Source: Alphaproteobacteria bacterium (GTDB lineage Bacteria; Pseudomonadota; Alphaproteobacteria; Bin95). Taken from it: DNA of 64,000 nt. Below, one piece after another: positions 18,965 through 29,882 of this stretch (the stretch's first letter is position 1; each line of letters begins with the position of its first letter). The DNA is taken from NCBI GenBank assembly GCA_964291285.2, contig OZ219787.1, positions 1,440,001 to 1,504,000 on the forward strand, read 5' to 3'. The position numbers were made by a program, and so were the translations under genes. The notes below the pieces were generated by a model. That model worked only from the letters and a program-made list of their open reading frames with translations, made no database searches and had not been told where the DNA came from.

Positions 18965-19897
18965 TCAGGCGACGAGCGCCTCCAGCCTTGCTCGCGGGTG
19001 ATGCGCCAACGCGCGGTCGATGGCGCGGCGGCCCATGATGCAGAATGCGGTCGAGAGGGCGTCCGCGAGCGCGGCCTGCGGCGCCGATACCGAGGCGAGC
19101 CGCCAGCGCACGGCGGGCCTGCCGGTGCGGGGATCGAGGATGTGCCCGAGCCCTCTCCCGGCATCCAGAAGGGTTGCATGCGGCGCGGAGGTCGCGAGTG
19201 CGCGGTCGGAAAGCACCGTGCGGCGGACGGGCGTTCCGTCCGCAAGCGCGATTCCGGCGCGCCAGGGCCTGCCGTCCTCCCGGCTCCCGAGCGCCTGGAT
19301 TTCCCCGGTGTCGATCAGCAGGTCCGTCAGTCCCTGCGCGCGGAGCAGGCGGGCGACCCGGTCCGCGATATAGCCCTGCGCGATCCCGTTGAGGGTGAGC
19401 GCCATACCGGGCTGGTCGAACCGGACGAGGCCGGCCCCGGACCGCACATGCCGCCAGCCGACGCGCGCAAGCGCCGCCGCGATCTCGCGAGAGGCCGGCG
19501 CCCTGCCCTCGGCCGCCGCCCTCGCATGAAGCTGCCAGAGCGGCTGCACCGAGGCATCGAACGCGCCGCCGGTGGCCGCGTTGGCGAGCCGGGCGAGGTC
19601 GAGGAGCTCGAGCATTTCGTGCGAGGGATGGCGGAGCCGGCCCGCGCCGTTCAGCCGACGGAGTTCGGAACCGGTCCTGTAGAGGCTGAAAATGTCTTCG
19701 AGCCGCGCAACTTCCGCCTCGACCCGCCGGGCGATCCGGGATGCCGCGGCGCGGTCGAGGCCGGTGAGCGTCAGCGAGGCTTCCGCCCCGAGCGCCCGCC
19801 ACCGCCGGCGGAACGGCCGGGCCCCGGCCGGTCCGGCCAGCGCCACGCCGGCCACAGCGGCCGACATGGCGAGGAAGCGCCGCCGCACGGTCCTCAT
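18965..19897 (-). CDS. nosX: FAD:protein FMN transferase NosX (ApbE family)
   Basis: Tat motif RRRFL, 'LNGIAQGY', 'DTGE', 'HILDPRTG', 'ADALST'; position in the nos operon. Confidence 0.9.
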   Translation of the reverse strand: MRTVRRRFLAMSAAVAGVALAGPAGARPFRRRWRALGAEASLTLTGLDRAAASRIARRVEAEVARLEDIFSLYRTGSELRRLNGAGRLRHPSHEMLELLDLARLANAATGGAFDASVQPLWQLHARAAAEGRAPASREIAAALARVGWRHVRSGAGLVRFDQPGMALTLNGIAQGYIADRVARLLRAQGLTDLLIDTGEIQALGSREDGRPWRAGIALADGTPVRRTVLSDRALATSAPHATLLDAGRGLGHILDPRTGRPAVRWRLASVSAPQAALADALSTAFCIMGRRAIDRALAHHPRARLEALVA

Positions 19898-20406
19898 TGC
19901 CGGCCTCCCGAGGCGAGGTCGATCTCGGCGGGCGAAAGAAAGGCGGCGTCCGGGATATCGGCAAGCGCCAGCACGGCGCCGCCATGCCGTTCGGCAAAGC
20001 GGGCGGCGGCGTCGGCCGAGGCGAACGGCACGATTTCGGACGCGCCCATGCCGCCCCGCACATCCGCGCCGACCACGAAGCGGGCGTCGCGGGCGAGAAC
20101 CCAATTGTCCGCGCCCGGCGCCTCCCAGCTCGGCGCAGCACCCATGTCGGACACGTAGAAGGCGCGCAGTTCGGCCTCGCGTTCCGGGCCCTTCGCATAG
20201 ACGAGCGCGTCGCGGACCTGCACGAAGAAGAGCGGCTCGGGGTAGCCGTCCAGGTGGATCTGCGACTTGGGGCCAGCATGGTCGAGGACGGTCATCCTGC
20301 AATAGTGGCCGACCGCCTCGGCCGTCAGGCGGACCGGGTCGGGCAAGGCGGTCTCGTCCTCGCCGCAGCCGGCAAGGAGCGCAAGGAGGAGAAGCAGCCG
20401 CCTCAC
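19894..20406 (-). CDS. nosL: Copper chaperone lipoprotein NosL
   Basis: Lipobox LAGC, 'GHYCRM..DHAGPK', 'YVSDMG', 'GGMG'. Confidence 0.92.
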   Translation of the reverse strand: MRRLLLLLALLAGCGEDETALPDPVRLTAEAVGHYCRMTVLDHAGPKSQIHLDGYPEPLFFVQVRDALVYAKGPEREAELRAFYVSDMGAAPSWEAPGADNWVLARDARFVVGADVRGGMGASEIVPFASADAAARFAERHGGAVLALADIPDAAFLSPAEIDLASGGRQ

Positions 20407-21227
20407 GGGTCGGTCCTCGAAATGGCGAGCCGGGCGAGGCCCAGCGCGGCGACCGGCCAGAGGAGGAGCGAGGCGAGCGGCGCCCCGCCCGGCAGGGCGT
20501 CGGCAGCGCCGGTCATGCCGGTTGCGAGCGCTATCTGCCCGGACGCGGCGACGTTCCAGAGGCGGAAGGCATCGGCCGGGTTGAGCGTCAGCAGCCACGG
20601 GAACAGCTCCTGCGTGAAGAAGCCGCCATCGTCCGCGACCACGGCCCCGAGCAGGCCGAGATCGTAGAACACGACCAGCACCAGCCACACGCCGACGGCG
20701 GCCCCGGCGCTTCCCGCCATGCTGCCCGCGAGCGCGGACACCGCATAGCCGATGGCAAGGAAGGTCGCGCCCAGCAGGATCGAGGAGCCGATCAGCCGGG
20801 CCAGCGCCAGGACGCTCTCGGACCCGGCCCCGCCGGCCGCCGCCGCCGCGAGCCCGGCTGCGCCGAAGCCCGCCGCCATCGCGACCGCCAGCACGGCCAA
20901 GTGGGCGATGAGCTTACCCGCGAGGAGCTCGCCCCGCGTCAGCCGGTAGCTCAGCAGCAGGGCGAGGCTGCCGCGCTCCTTCTCGCCGGAGACGGCATCG
21001 AAGGAAAGCAGCAGGGCGAGCAGCGGGGTCAGATAGACGGCGAGCGTGGTCATCGAAGCGACCGAGACGGTGAGCAGATCGACGCCGAGCGTTCCGGTCG
21101 GCGCGGAGCCGGCGAAAGTCAGCGCGAGCGCGAAGAGCAGCATCAGCAGGGCCGCAGTCAGTGCCCAGCGGTTGCGCCGCGCAATGCGGAATTCGGCGAG
21201 CGCGACGACAAGCGCGCGGGCGGTCAC
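20403..21227 (-). CDS. nosY: ABC permease NosY
   Basis: Hydrophobic; 'RRNRW', 'GEKERGSLALLLSY', 'NPADAFR'. Confidence 0.92.
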   Translation of the reverse strand: MTARALVVALAEFRIARRNRWALTAALLMLLFALALTFAGSAPTGTLGVDLLTVSVASMTTLAVYLTPLLALLLSFDAVSGEKERGSLALLLSYRLTRGELLAGKLIAHLAVLAVAMAAGFGAAGLAAAAAGGAGSESVLALARLIGSSILLGATFLAIGYAVSALAGSMAGSAGAAVGVWLVLVVFYDLGLLGAVVADDGGFFTQELFPWLLTLNPADAFRLWNVAASGQIALATGMTGAADALPGGAPLASLLLWPVAALGLARLAISRTDP

Positions 21228-22123
21228 GGGCCTGCCCCCTCGGAATAGTGCCGGTAGATGTCGTCCAGGTCCGGCTGGATGACGTCAAAGTCGGCTACCA
21301 GGGCCCCGAGTGCGGCGACCTCCGCAAGGCGGGCCATCTTCTCCGAGGGCGGGCACAGGATCTCGACCGACGCCCCGTTCAGCCGCTCGCCGCCGAGGCG
21401 CGCCTGAATGTCCGAGGCGCGCTCGCCCGCCGCAGTCACACGCAGCCGGACCGGGAGGCCCGCCGCCTCCCTCAGCCGGCCCAGCCTGTCGCAGGCGGCC
21501 ATGCGGCCCTCGCGCAGGATTGCGATGCGGTCGGTCTGCGCCTCAAGCTCCGTCAGCGCGTGGCTGGCGATCAGCACGGCGGCGCCCTCGCCCGCCAGTT
21601 CGTCGATGATGGCGTAGAGCTCGCGGCGCGAGACTGGGTCGAGGCCGCTCGTCGGTTCGTCGAGCAGGGCCACGGCCGGGCGGCCGAGCAGGACCTGGGC
21701 CAGGCCGAGCCGCTGGCGCATGCCCTTCGACCAGGTTCCGATGCGCCGGTCGGCGGTGCCGGCGAGGCCGACGCGGTCAAGCAGGGCCGGCGCCGACGCC
21801 CGCGGGACGCCGGCCAGGCTCGCGAACAGGCCCAGCTGCTCGCGGCCCGTAAGCGCCGGATGAAAGGCCGGTGCCTCCGGCAGGTAGGCGGCCGCGGCCC
21901 TGGCGGCCGGGGAGCCGGCAGCGGCGCCCCCGACCGAAACGGTCCCGCCGTCGGCGCGAATGAGCCCGAGCGCGAGCTTCATCAAGGTCGTCTTCCCGGC
22001 CCCGTTATGGCCGAGCAGCGCCACCCGCTCGCCGGGGGCGACGGCCAGCGAGACGTCCTGCAGGACCCGGCGCGAGTCGTAGGCCTTGCCCACGGCGTCG
22101 AGCCTGAGGACGCTATCCGCCAT
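21224..22123 (-). CDS. nosF: ABC ATPase NosF
   Basis: GHNGAGKTT, 'SKGMRQR', 'LDEPTSGLDP'. Confidence 0.92.
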   Translation of the reverse strand: MADSVLRLDAVGKAYDSRRVLQDVSLAVAPGERVALLGHNGAGKTTLMKLALGLIRADGGTVSVGGAAAGSPAARAAAAYLPEAPAFHPALTGREQLGLFASLAGVPRASAPALLDRVGLAGTADRRIGTWSKGMRQRLGLAQVLLGRPAVALLDEPTSGLDPVSRRELYAIIDELAGEGAAVLIASHALTELEAQTDRIAILREGRMAACDRLGRLREAAGLPVRLRVTAAGERASDIQARLGGERLNGASVEILCPPSEKMARLAEVAALGALVADFDVIQPDLDDIYRHYSEGAGP

Positions 22124-23372
22124 CGCCCTGCTCCCAATGCGGCGCCGGCGGCTCCACGGGCCGCATCAGGGGGTGGCTGTCGATGACGCCGCCCGGAAGG
22201 AGGGCCGGAAAGGCCGACTGAGACCAGCGCACGAGCTGGACCGCCGGGGCGCCGAGCAGCCACTTGGCCGCGGGCTGGCGCCAGAGCACCCGATCCATGG
22301 CGTCGTTCGGGCGGTAAGGGGCGTCCGCGACGCCGTCGCCGTCCAGGTCGAAGGCGGCGAAGTCGGACCAGTGGTTGCCGCGGCCCTTCACGGACCAGTC
22401 GATCCAGCGGGAGCCCGCATATTTCACCTGGGTGCGGTTGCCGATGAAGGCATTGCCGACGATAGTGTTGCGCTCGGAGCCCGCGGTGAAGTGGATGCCG
22501 ATGGCGCAGCGTTCGAACCGGTTGTCCTCGATCCGGTTCTTGTGGGCGTTGTAGATGAAGGCGCAGCGGTTGGCGCCGTCCAGCACCCTGTTGCCGCGAA
22601 CCACTGAGCTGTTGGTGTAGTTCAGCATGATCCCGTGCTCGGCGTCCCCGATGGAGGTGTTGCCGATCACCTTCACCCGCTTGGAATACATGATGGCGTA
22701 GCCGAGATCGTTGCCGACCGAGAGGTTGTCCTCGACCGTGCTGTTGTGCGCATACATGTAGTGGACGGCGAAGCGCAGGTCGCGGAAGCGGTTCCTGCGG
22801 AAGATGTTCTTCTTGGAGGTGTTGATGAAGATGCCGTCGCGCCCCCAGCGGATGTCGTTGCCTTCGACCGCCGCGCCCGGCGCGTTCCAGACATAAACCC
22901 CGTTGCCGCGGGCGTTGACGCGGCGGTCCCTGCGTCCCTCGATGACATTGCCGGCGACGCGCGCGCCGCGCGCGCCGTGGATATCGACGCCGTGGAGATT
23001 ACCCACCAGCTGGTTGCCCTCGACCACCGCGCGGGCGGCTTTGCGGCCAAGCTTTATTCCGGAATCGAGGGTTTCGTGAGAGGAGCCGGAGCCGCGTATC
23101 TCCAGCCCGCTGATCTCGACATCGGGCGCCCGCACCGTAATCGTGGAGCCGGCTCCGGGACCAGCGACGACCGCCCCGGTGCGGCCCCGCAGGGTCAGCG
23201 GCCGGTCGATCTCGACGCCGCCCGTGTGAACCCCGGCGGCGAGGATCAGCACATCTCCGTCCGCCGCCGCGGCGATGGCCGCCGCCAGCGCGCCGGGCCG
23301 CGCCGGCACCTCCCGCTCCGCCGCCAGCGCGGGCGAAGCCAGAAGTGCCAGTGCCAGCCCGGCGCGGCGCAT
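22113..23372 (-). CDS. nosD: Periplasmic maturation protein NosD
   Basis: Signal peptide, beta-helix repeats, 'RFAVHYMY', 'GNHWSD', 'DLDGDG'. Confidence 0.93.
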   Translation of the reverse strand: MRRAGLALALLASPALAAEREVPARPGALAAAIAAAADGDVLILAAGVHTGGVEIDRPLTLRGRTGAVVAGPGAGSTITVRAPDVEISGLEIRGSGSSHETLDSGIKLGRKAARAVVEGNQLVGNLHGVDIHGARGARVAGNVIEGRRDRRVNARGNGVYVWNAPGAAVEGNDIRWGRDGIFINTSKKNIFRRNRFRDLRFAVHYMYAHNSTVEDNLSVGNDLGYAIMYSKRVKVIGNTSIGDAEHGIMLNYTNSSVVRGNRVLDGANRCAFIYNAHKNRIEDNRFERCAIGIHFTAGSERNTIVGNAFIGNRTQVKYAGSRWIDWSVKGRGNHWSDFAAFDLDGDGVADAPYRPNDAMDRVLWRQPAAKWLLGAPAVQLVRWSQSAFPALLPGGVIDSHPLMRPVEPPAPHWEQGDGG

Positions 23373-25276
23373 CACGCGGCTCTCGGCTCGACGAACATCC
23401 GCCCGCGCATCTCCATGTGGAGCGCGTGGCAGAACCACTGGCAGTAGAACCAGTGGACGCCCGGGCGGTCGGCCGTGAAGGTGACGGAGGCCGTCGCCTG
23501 TGGCGGGATCTCGAAGGCGATGCCGTAGTTCGAGAGGCAGAACCCGTGGGTCACGTCATCCACATCGTCCAGGTTGGTGATGTAGATCGTGACCTCATCG
23601 CCCTGGCGGACGGTGAACTTCTCCATCGAGAACTCGGGCGCCACCGAATACATGTAGACGCGCACCTTGTTGCCGTCCCGGATCGGCTCCTCGGCGCCGT
23701 CCTCGAGATCGACACCGTCCGCCGCCGCCTGCCGGACGGCGTCGGAGAAGGTCGGATCGTCCCGGTCCCATATGGTCTTCGGGTTCACGATGTCGCGGCG
23801 CACGATGATGCAGTCATGCGGCTCGGCGAAGGTCGGCCCGTCATGGACCACCTTCATCTCGTCGGACGAAATGTCGATGAGCTGCTCGTTCTCGGGCTTC
23901 AGCGGCCCGACATTGATGAAGCGGTCCTTGGAGAACTTGTTCATCGAAACGAGCCATTCGCCGTCCGCCTCGGCCGTCTCGCCCATGGTGGAGTGGTTGT
24001 GTCCGGGCTGGTAGTGGACATCGACCTTGGAGATGATCGGGTCCACATCCTCGCCGGCATAGGCGCGGATGGCCTTCTCGACGTCCCATTTCACGATCTG
24101 GCTGTCGAGGAAGAGCGTGGTGAAGGCCCCGCCCTTGCCGTCGAACGCCGTGTGGAGCGGCCCCAGGCCGAGCTGCGGCTCGGCGACGATGCAGGAGCGC
24201 GGATCGGCATTCTCCGAGAAGAGCGCATCGACCTTGGTCACGTCGATCACCGAGACCGTGGGCGAGAGCTTGCCGTTGATGACGACATGGCGCTTGTCCG
24301 GGGCGGTGTTGCAGCCGTGCGGGCTATTCGGGATCGGTACGTAGCGTGTGTATTTCGAGCCCTTGCGCCCGTCGAGCACGCGCACGCCCTTCAGCATCTG
24401 CCCGTCGCCGGCGGCCACGCCCGCCTCGATCGCCTTGATGTCGAAGATGACGCAATGGTCGGTCTCACTGGCGGTCATCTCGGCCAGGTTCATGCCCATC
24501 TCGGAGTTGTAGCTGGTCGAGAAGGCGTATTTGCCCTGGTAGTCGGCGTCGCAATTGTCGAGATTGCCGGAGACGATCACCTGCCAAGCGACCGTCATCG
24601 TGTCGCCGTCTATGGCGGTGAAGATGTTGACGTAGTCCTCCGGGCTGTCGAGGATCCTGCCGTCGTTGACAAGCGGCGTTTCGTGCTCGCCATTGGCGAA
24701 GATGTAGCCGGTGCGCGGATATTTCTGCGGGCGCAGGCCGTGGATGTCCGCTGCGTTCGGAATCTCGATGATCTTGTCGCACTTCATGATGTCGCAGCGC
24801 ACGCGCGCGACGCGGGTGTTGGCCTTGTCGTTCATGAAAAGGTAGCGCCCGTCATAGGTGCCGTCCGTGAACGACATGTGCGGGTGGTGGAGGTCCCCGT
24901 TGTCGTAGGTGACGCGGCCTCTCGCGGCCAGGAACTCCCTCGTTTCCGGCAGGAGGCCCTCGGTCAGCACCTTGAGGCTCTCGTTGGTCTGGCCCCAGCC
25001 GGTCGCGGAACAGCGGTTGAAGACCGGCACGCGCATCAGCTCGCGCATGGAGGGCACACCGATAATGCGCAGCTCGCCAGCATGGCCGGACGACCAGAAG
25101 CCGTAATACTCGTCGAGCTGTCCGGGGCCGAGGGCATGGCTGCCGGTCGCCGCCCGCGCCGGTCCCGGCGCCGCGACGCCTGCGGCCGCCGTTGCCGCCG
25201 CCGCCACGGCGCCGCCGGCGGTAGCCCGCATCAGGCCGCGCCGGGTGACACTGAATTCGCTGGGCTTTTTCGTCAT
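23372..25276 (-). CDS. nosZ: Nitrous oxide reductase, clade I (Tat)
   Basis: Tat signal TRRGLM; CuZ histidine motifs DLHHPH, PHG, PLH, PGH, EPHD; CuA motif [12 protein letters not shown]. Confidence 0.97.
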   Translation of the reverse strand: MTKKPSEFSVTRRGLMRATAGGAVAAAATAAAGVAAPGPARAATGSHALGPGQLDEYYGFWSSGHAGELRIIGVPSMRELMRVPVFNRCSATGWGQTNESLKVLTEGLLPETREFLAARGRVTYDNGDLHHPHMSFTDGTYDGRYLFMNDKANTRVARVRCDIMKCDKIIEIPNAADIHGLRPQKYPRTGYIFANGEHETPLVNDGRILDSPEDYVNIFTAIDGDTMTVAWQVIVSGNLDNCDADYQGKYAFSTSYNSEMGMNLAEMTASETDHCVIFDIKAIEAGVAAGDGQMLKGVRVLDGRKGSKYTRYVPIPNSPHGCNTAPDKRHVVINGKLSPTVSVIDVTKVDALFSENADPRSCIVAEPQLGLGPLHTAFDGKGGAFTTLFLDSQIVKWDVEKAIRAYAGEDVDPIISKVDVHYQPGHNHSTMGETAEADGEWLVSMNKFSKDRFINVGPLKPENEQLIDISSDEMKVVHDGPTFAEPHDCIIVRRDIVNPKTIWDRDDPTFSDAVRQAAADGVDLEDGAEEPIRDGNKVRVYMYSVAPEFSMEKFTVRQGDEVTIYITNLDDVDDVTHGFCLSNYGIAFEIPPQATASVTFTADRPGVHWFYCQWFCHALHMEMRGRMFVEPRAA

Positions 25277-25280
25277 GGGT

Positions 25281-27437
25281 TCACTCCTTCGGGGATGTGG
25301 GAGGGTCGGGTGCGCGGGCAAGTGCCGCCTTGAGGGCGCCGGTGCTCCGGGCGAGCCGCTCGCGGCTCCGCTCCCGCTTGATGCAGACCGGGCACTTGGC
25401 TGTGGACTGGTAGAGCACCTGGCAGTGCAGGCAGTTCACGCATTCGTTCGGGTTGATCTCGCCCGTCGGGTGGATGGCCTGGACGGGACATTCGTTCGCG
25501 CAGAGCTGGCAGGGATGGCCGCACTCGTGGTACCGCTTTAGCCAGGCGAACATGCGAATTCGGGCCGGGATCGCAAGCGCGGCGCCCAGCGGACAGAGAT
25601 AGCGGCAGAAGAAGCGCTCGACGAACAGGCCGGTGGCCAGCAGTGCGACCGCGAACAGCACGAACGGCCACTCGCGGACGAATTTCAGCACGATGGCGGT
25701 CTTGAAGGGCTCGACCTCGGCGAAGGTCTCCGCGAGCGGGATCGAGGCCAGCGAGATGCCGAACAGGCCGAGGAAGAGTACATATTTGACCGGCCAGAGG
25801 CGCTCGTGCAGGCTCCAGGGCAGCTCCCATTGCGGCACGCGCAGCGCGCGGGCGGCCTTGTTGGTCAGTTCCTGGAGCGCGCCGAACGGGCACAGCCACC
25901 CGCAATAGGCGCCGCGGCCCCAGAAGATCAGCGCCGCCGCTACCGAGAACCAGAGGATAAAGACCAGCGGGTCGAGCAGGAAGGCGTCCCAGACGAAGCC
26001 CGTGCGCAGGCTGCCGAACAGCGCCATCAGGTTCACGACCGAGAGCTGGGCGTTCGCATACCAGCCGAGGAAGAAGAGCGTGGCCGAGAGGAACCCCATG
26101 CGCAGCCAGAAATAGAGCCGGGCGTTCCTCGTCACCTGGCGCTGGAAGAAGAAGATCGCGGTCAGCAGCGCGAGCATGACGGCGAGCCCGGCGATCTCGA
26201 ATCGCCGGTCGTGCCAGACCCGCTGCCAGAGCGCCGCTTTGGCCTCGGCCTCGCCGGTTGCCGCCTCCGCCGCGAGGACCGGCGGCAGGAGGTAGTGCTC
26301 CGGCAGGCGGTAGCCGAGATCGAAGGTGAGGAACCGCTTGTCTACCGCGCCCACCGCGCGCTGTACCAGGAGCTGCAGGCGCCACGGCTCGCCCGGCTCG
26401 AACGCCGCATGGGCGGGAATGCGGAAGATATCCAGCTCCGTGAAGGCGGGCGCGCCTGCCGCGGCGATCTCGCCGAGCCGCTTGTGGTCGCGGTCGAAGA
26501 AACGGATCGACCGGTCGCCCTGGATGAGCTGGATGCGGTCGAAGATGCCGCCCCGCACATAGCCCGAGCCCTTGAACGAATAGCGCCCGCGGCCTGCGAC
26601 CAGGATGGCGTGCCCGCCCTCGCCGACCCACTCCCTCAGATTGGCGTATTCCGCTCCGCCCAGCAGGCTGAGTCCGATGGAGGGTACGCTCGCCAGCGCC
26701 GCGCGCAGGTCGATGAAGGTCTCTTCGGGCGCGCCCCGCTCGGGCCGGGCGATGGCCTTGGGATCGCCCGTGGCCTCGAAGGCCGCATTGACCTGGGACA
26801 GATCGAGGGACAGCGCCCGCACCGAGCCGTCCCCGGCGAGCGAGGCCCAGTCGAAAACCTCCTCCCTTGCCATGTCCGGCTTGCGCGCCGGACCGGCGGC
26901 GGCTTCGGGCGCAAGCCCGCCCAGGCCGAGCGCGCGGGCCACCTTGAGCCCGGCTCTGATGACCGAATCGTCGATCACCATCACTGTCACCGTGGCCCCG
27001 GAGACGATGTCGAGATCGTGCGCCGAGCCTCCTTCGGCGGCCTCGGCCTTCAGGTCGATGCCGGCATAGCCTTCCGTCAGCCGGCGCATCTTCGCGTCCG
27101 GGATGCCGATCAGCACGATCGGCTCCGAATGCTCGACCAGCCGGACGCCGGCGAGGACGGCGTCGGGGGAAATCGCGGCGACGACATGGATCGGCTTGCC
27201 GGAATAGCCGGTCGTGCCGACGAAGTCGGATGTGAGGAATGCCCAGCCGACCGTGTCTCCACCGGCCAGGACGGGTGCAACGGGGAGGTCGCTGCGGACC
27301 GGCCCGTAGCCGGTCGCCCCGGGGACGAGCGCCTCCGGCGCGAGCCCGCCCAGAAAACGCGGCAATTCGGACCCCCACGCGGCAATCGGCAAAGCCGACA
27401 GCCACAGGAGCAGGCCGACGATCGAGCCGCGGGACAC
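25281..27437 (-). CDS. nosR: NosR membrane flavin/Fe-S protein
   Basis: 'GYSGKPI', FMN site SGATVT, CGWLCP, CRYLCP, 4Fe-4S Cys clusters. Confidence 0.95.
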   Translation of the reverse strand: MSRGSIVGLLLWLSALPIAAWGSELPRFLGGLAPEALVPGATGYGPVRSDLPVAPVLAGGDTVGWAFLTSDFVGTTGYSGKPIHVVAAISPDAVLAGVRLVEHSEPIVLIGIPDAKMRRLTEGYAGIDLKAEAAEGGSAHDLDIVSGATVTVMVIDDSVIRAGLKVARALGLGGLAPEAAAGPARKPDMAREEVFDWASLAGDGSVRALSLDLSQVNAAFEATGDPKAIARPERGAPEETFIDLRAALASVPSIGLSLLGGAEYANLREWVGEGGHAILVAGRGRYSFKGSGYVRGGIFDRIQLIQGDRSIRFFDRDHKRLGEIAAAGAPAFTELDIFRIPAHAAFEPGEPWRLQLLVQRAVGAVDKRFLTFDLGYRLPEHYLLPPVLAAEAATGEAEAKAALWQRVWHDRRFEIAGLAVMLALLTAIFFFQRQVTRNARLYFWLRMGFLSATLFFLGWYANAQLSVVNLMALFGSLRTGFVWDAFLLDPLVFILWFSVAAALIFWGRGAYCGWLCPFGALQELTNKAARALRVPQWELPWSLHERLWPVKYVLFLGLFGISLASIPLAETFAEVEPFKTAIVLKFVREWPFVLFAVALLATGLFVERFFCRYLCPLGAALAIPARIRMFAWLKRYHECGHPCQLCANECPVQAIHPTGEINPNECVNCLHCQVLYQSTAKCPVCIKRERSRERLARSTGALKAALARAPDPPTSPKE

Positions 27438-27468
27438 CGGATGTTCCTCCGTGCTGCGGGCGGAAACC

Positions 27469-28191
27469 CTAGCGACTTCGGTTCCTACGCTCCTTGACGC
27501 GGGTCAAGCGAATTCCTCGCAGGACGGCTCCCTGTGCTTCTTCGCAGTCTTCTGCTTTCCGGCGCGGCGAAGTGCCGGTCCGCAGCGCCCGGCAGAACGC
27601 GGTGCTGACCTCCGCCTTATTCAACGTGTAGATGTGGAAATCCGTCACACCCTCGGCGGCGAGGCGCCGGCACCGCCCGGTCGCCACCGCGGCAGCGACG
27701 GCCGCGCGCGCCTGAGGCCGCTCGTCCAGGTCCTCGAGCATGCGCTCCATCCAGTCGGGTATCGAAGCCCCGCACCTGGCCGAAAATCGCTTGAGCCCGC
27801 CGAAATGGCCGACCGGCATGATGCCCGGCACGATCGGCGCACCGATCCCGGCTGCCCTGGCGCGGTCGATGAAGCGCAGCACCGTTTCCGTGTCGAATGC
27901 ATATTGCGTGATCGCGAAGCGGGCGCCGGCATCGAACTTGCGTTTGAGGTTGTCGATATCCGCCTCGAGGCTCGCCGCCTCCGGGTGAACCTCCGGGTAG
28001 GCGGCCACGGCGATGTCGAAATCGGCGACGCGCATGAGCCCCTCGACCAGATCGACCGCGAAGGGATAACCGCCCGCGGATGGGCGGTAAGGCTCGATCC
28101 CCGGCGCATCGCCCCGTAGTGCGACGATGCGCCGGATGCCGGAGTCCCAGAGTTCACGGGCGAGCGAGTCGATCTCGCCCCGGCGCCTCAC
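27469..28191 (-). pseudogene. metF: 5,10-methylenetetrahydrofolate reductase, N-terminally truncated
   Basis: 'ALRGD','AYPEVHP','LKRKFDAGA..ITQ','PGIMP','HIYTLN' present; N-terminal SFEFFPP and AHLTC motifs missing. Confidence 0.75.
27494..27507. promoter_or_regulatory. FNR/NNR/DNR-type binding site for nosR
   Basis: Perfect palindrome TTGAC-GCGG-GTCAA about 60 bp upstream of the nosR start. Confidence 0.75.
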
Positions 28192-29882
28192 TCCGGCTTG
28201 CGGAAGAGCTGGATGCCCCAGGCCAGATGTCCGGCATCCGCGGCCTTCACCCAGTTCTCAAGGCCGATGGTCATCTTGTCGAGATACCCGGCCGAGGCGC
28301 CGTTTTCGCGCAACTCGTCGTAACGGGCCGTGAGGTCCTCCCGCACCCGGTCGTAGTGGGTGCGGAGATGGCCGGTCATGTTCTCCTGCGCCAACACCTC
28401 GAAACCCAGTGCCTGCGCTGCTTCGCGGTAGAAGCGCGCGGAGCCGAGGCTGTTGAGCTGGAGCCGGTCGTAGACGGGCTGGAGCACGCCGTCCGGCACG
28501 TCGTCGGCCTGCATCGGGTCGGTGAAGACGAAGTAGCCGCCCGGCTTCAGAACGCGCCAGACTTCGGCCAGCACCCTGTCGCGCTGGTCCGAGTGCAGGA
28601 TGGCGTCCTGACTCCATACCGCGTCGTAGCTGGCGTTCGGATCGGGGATGTTCTCGAAGACGCCGTGCACCACCGATATCCGGCTGCCGAGCTTCGCCTG
28701 ACGGTTCCTGGCCCGGTTGGTGTCGTTCTGCGTCTCTGAGATGTTCAGGCATGCGGCCGTGCAACCGGTCCGCTTGACGAGGCGCCGCATCGAACCGCCG
28801 TAACCGGCCCCGATGTCCAGGACGCGGGTGTCGGGGCCGACATGCGGCAGCATCGCCATCATCCGGTCGACGGTTTCGGTGCTGGCCTCGCGAATGTCCC
28901 GCGTCGTCTCGTAGATGCCGATATGCAGATCCTCGCCGCCCCAGACCATCGAGTAGAACGTGTCGGCGTCGTCGCTGTCGTAATAGTCCTCGGTGGCGTC
29001 GCGAACGTCGCTCTCACCCTCTTCGCGGACGCCGCCGCCCCAGCGTACGACATGCAGCGTGGATTTCTCGGCGACATGAATGAAGAAGTCCGGCTCGTTC
29101 TCTGCGTAGGTCTCCTGGAAGTCGCCATAGGTGCGCACCCGTGCGAAGCCCGCCTCGCTGAGCAGGCGGCGCACGTAGTTCTTGCGAATCGGACTGAGGT
29201 TGAGCGTGTAGCTGGAACCGTCGGCGAAGCTGTATTTCATCCGGACGAGGCTGTCGTCGATATATTCGGGTTCCGCATTCACCTCGTCGCCGCAATAGTA
29301 GTATTTGTGCTTGGATGAGAAGCCCTCATCCAGCATGGCGTCGTAGTTGCGCTGGTCCAAGATCAGCATCCCGTCATGCTTCAGCGCGGCGTAGAACTCG
29401 GCCAGGGCCCGGCGGCGGTCTTGCTCGTCATGGAGGTGGGTGAACGAGTTGCCAAGGCAGATGATCGCGTCGTACTTGCCCTGGATGTGACGGTTCAGCC
29501 AACGCCAGTCGGCCTGGACGGTCTTGAGGATCAGCCCGCGCGCCCTGGCATTGTCGAAGGCCTTGGCCAGCATCGTGGCCGACCCGTCGCTCGATGTCAC
29601 ATCGAAGCCGGCCTCGGTCAGCCGCACCGAGTGGAAACCCGTGCCGCAGGCGACGTCCAGCACGGATTCCTTACCGCGGGCGCGAAGCACGTCGATGAAG
29701 AACTGCCCCTCGCTCTCGGCGCGCGCCGCCCAGTTAATCAGCTCGTCCCACTTCTCCACAAAGGACAGGATGTACTCGCCGCGGTAGAGATCGGTTTCGC
29801 GGTCCTCGAGCGGGTCGTCGCTGTAGCTCTGACGATCGAGCGCGAACTCCGAGTTCCTCGTCAACAGGGACGCATTTTCCAT
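28188..29882 (-). CDS. Fused glycine/sarcosine plus sarcosine/dimethylglycine N-methyltransferase (de novo betaine synthesis)
   Basis: Two SAM domains (LDVACGTG; LDIGAGYGG); 'FVEKWDELI','CLGNSFTHL','YYDSDDAD..WGGEDLHIG','WSQDAILH'. Confidence 0.88.
   Translation of the reverse strand: MENASLLTRNSEFALDRQSYSDDPLEDRETDLYRGEYILSFVEKWDELINWAARAESEGQFFIDVLRARGKESVLDVACGTGFHSVRLTEAGFDVTSSDGSATMLAKAFDNARARGLILKTVQADWRWLNRHIQGKYDAIICLGNSFTHLHDEQDRRRALAEFYAALKHDGMLILDQRNYDAMLDEGFSSKHKYYYCGDEVNAEPEYIDDSLVRMKYSFADGSSYTLNLSPIRKNYVRRLLSEAGFARVRTYGDFQETYAENEPDFFIHVAEKSTLHVVRWGGGVREEGESDVRDATEDYYDSDDADTFYSMVWGGEDLHIGIYETTRDIREASTETVDRMMAMLPHVGPDTRVLDIGAGYGGSMRRLVKRTGCTAACLNISETQNDTNRARNRQAKLGSRISVVHGVFENIPDPNASYDAVWSQDAILHSDQRDRVLAEVWRVLKPGGYFVFTDPMQADDVPDGVLQPVYDRLQLNSLGSARFYREAAQALGFEVLAQENMTGHLRTHYDRVREDLTARYDELRENGASAGYLDKMTIGLENWVKAADAGHLAWGIQLFRKPE

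Noticed and set aside
18936-20279. 574-aa cytochrome c fusion
   Set aside because: The upstream part overlaps nosX/nosL out of frame; the signal peptide and RBS place the start at 18935
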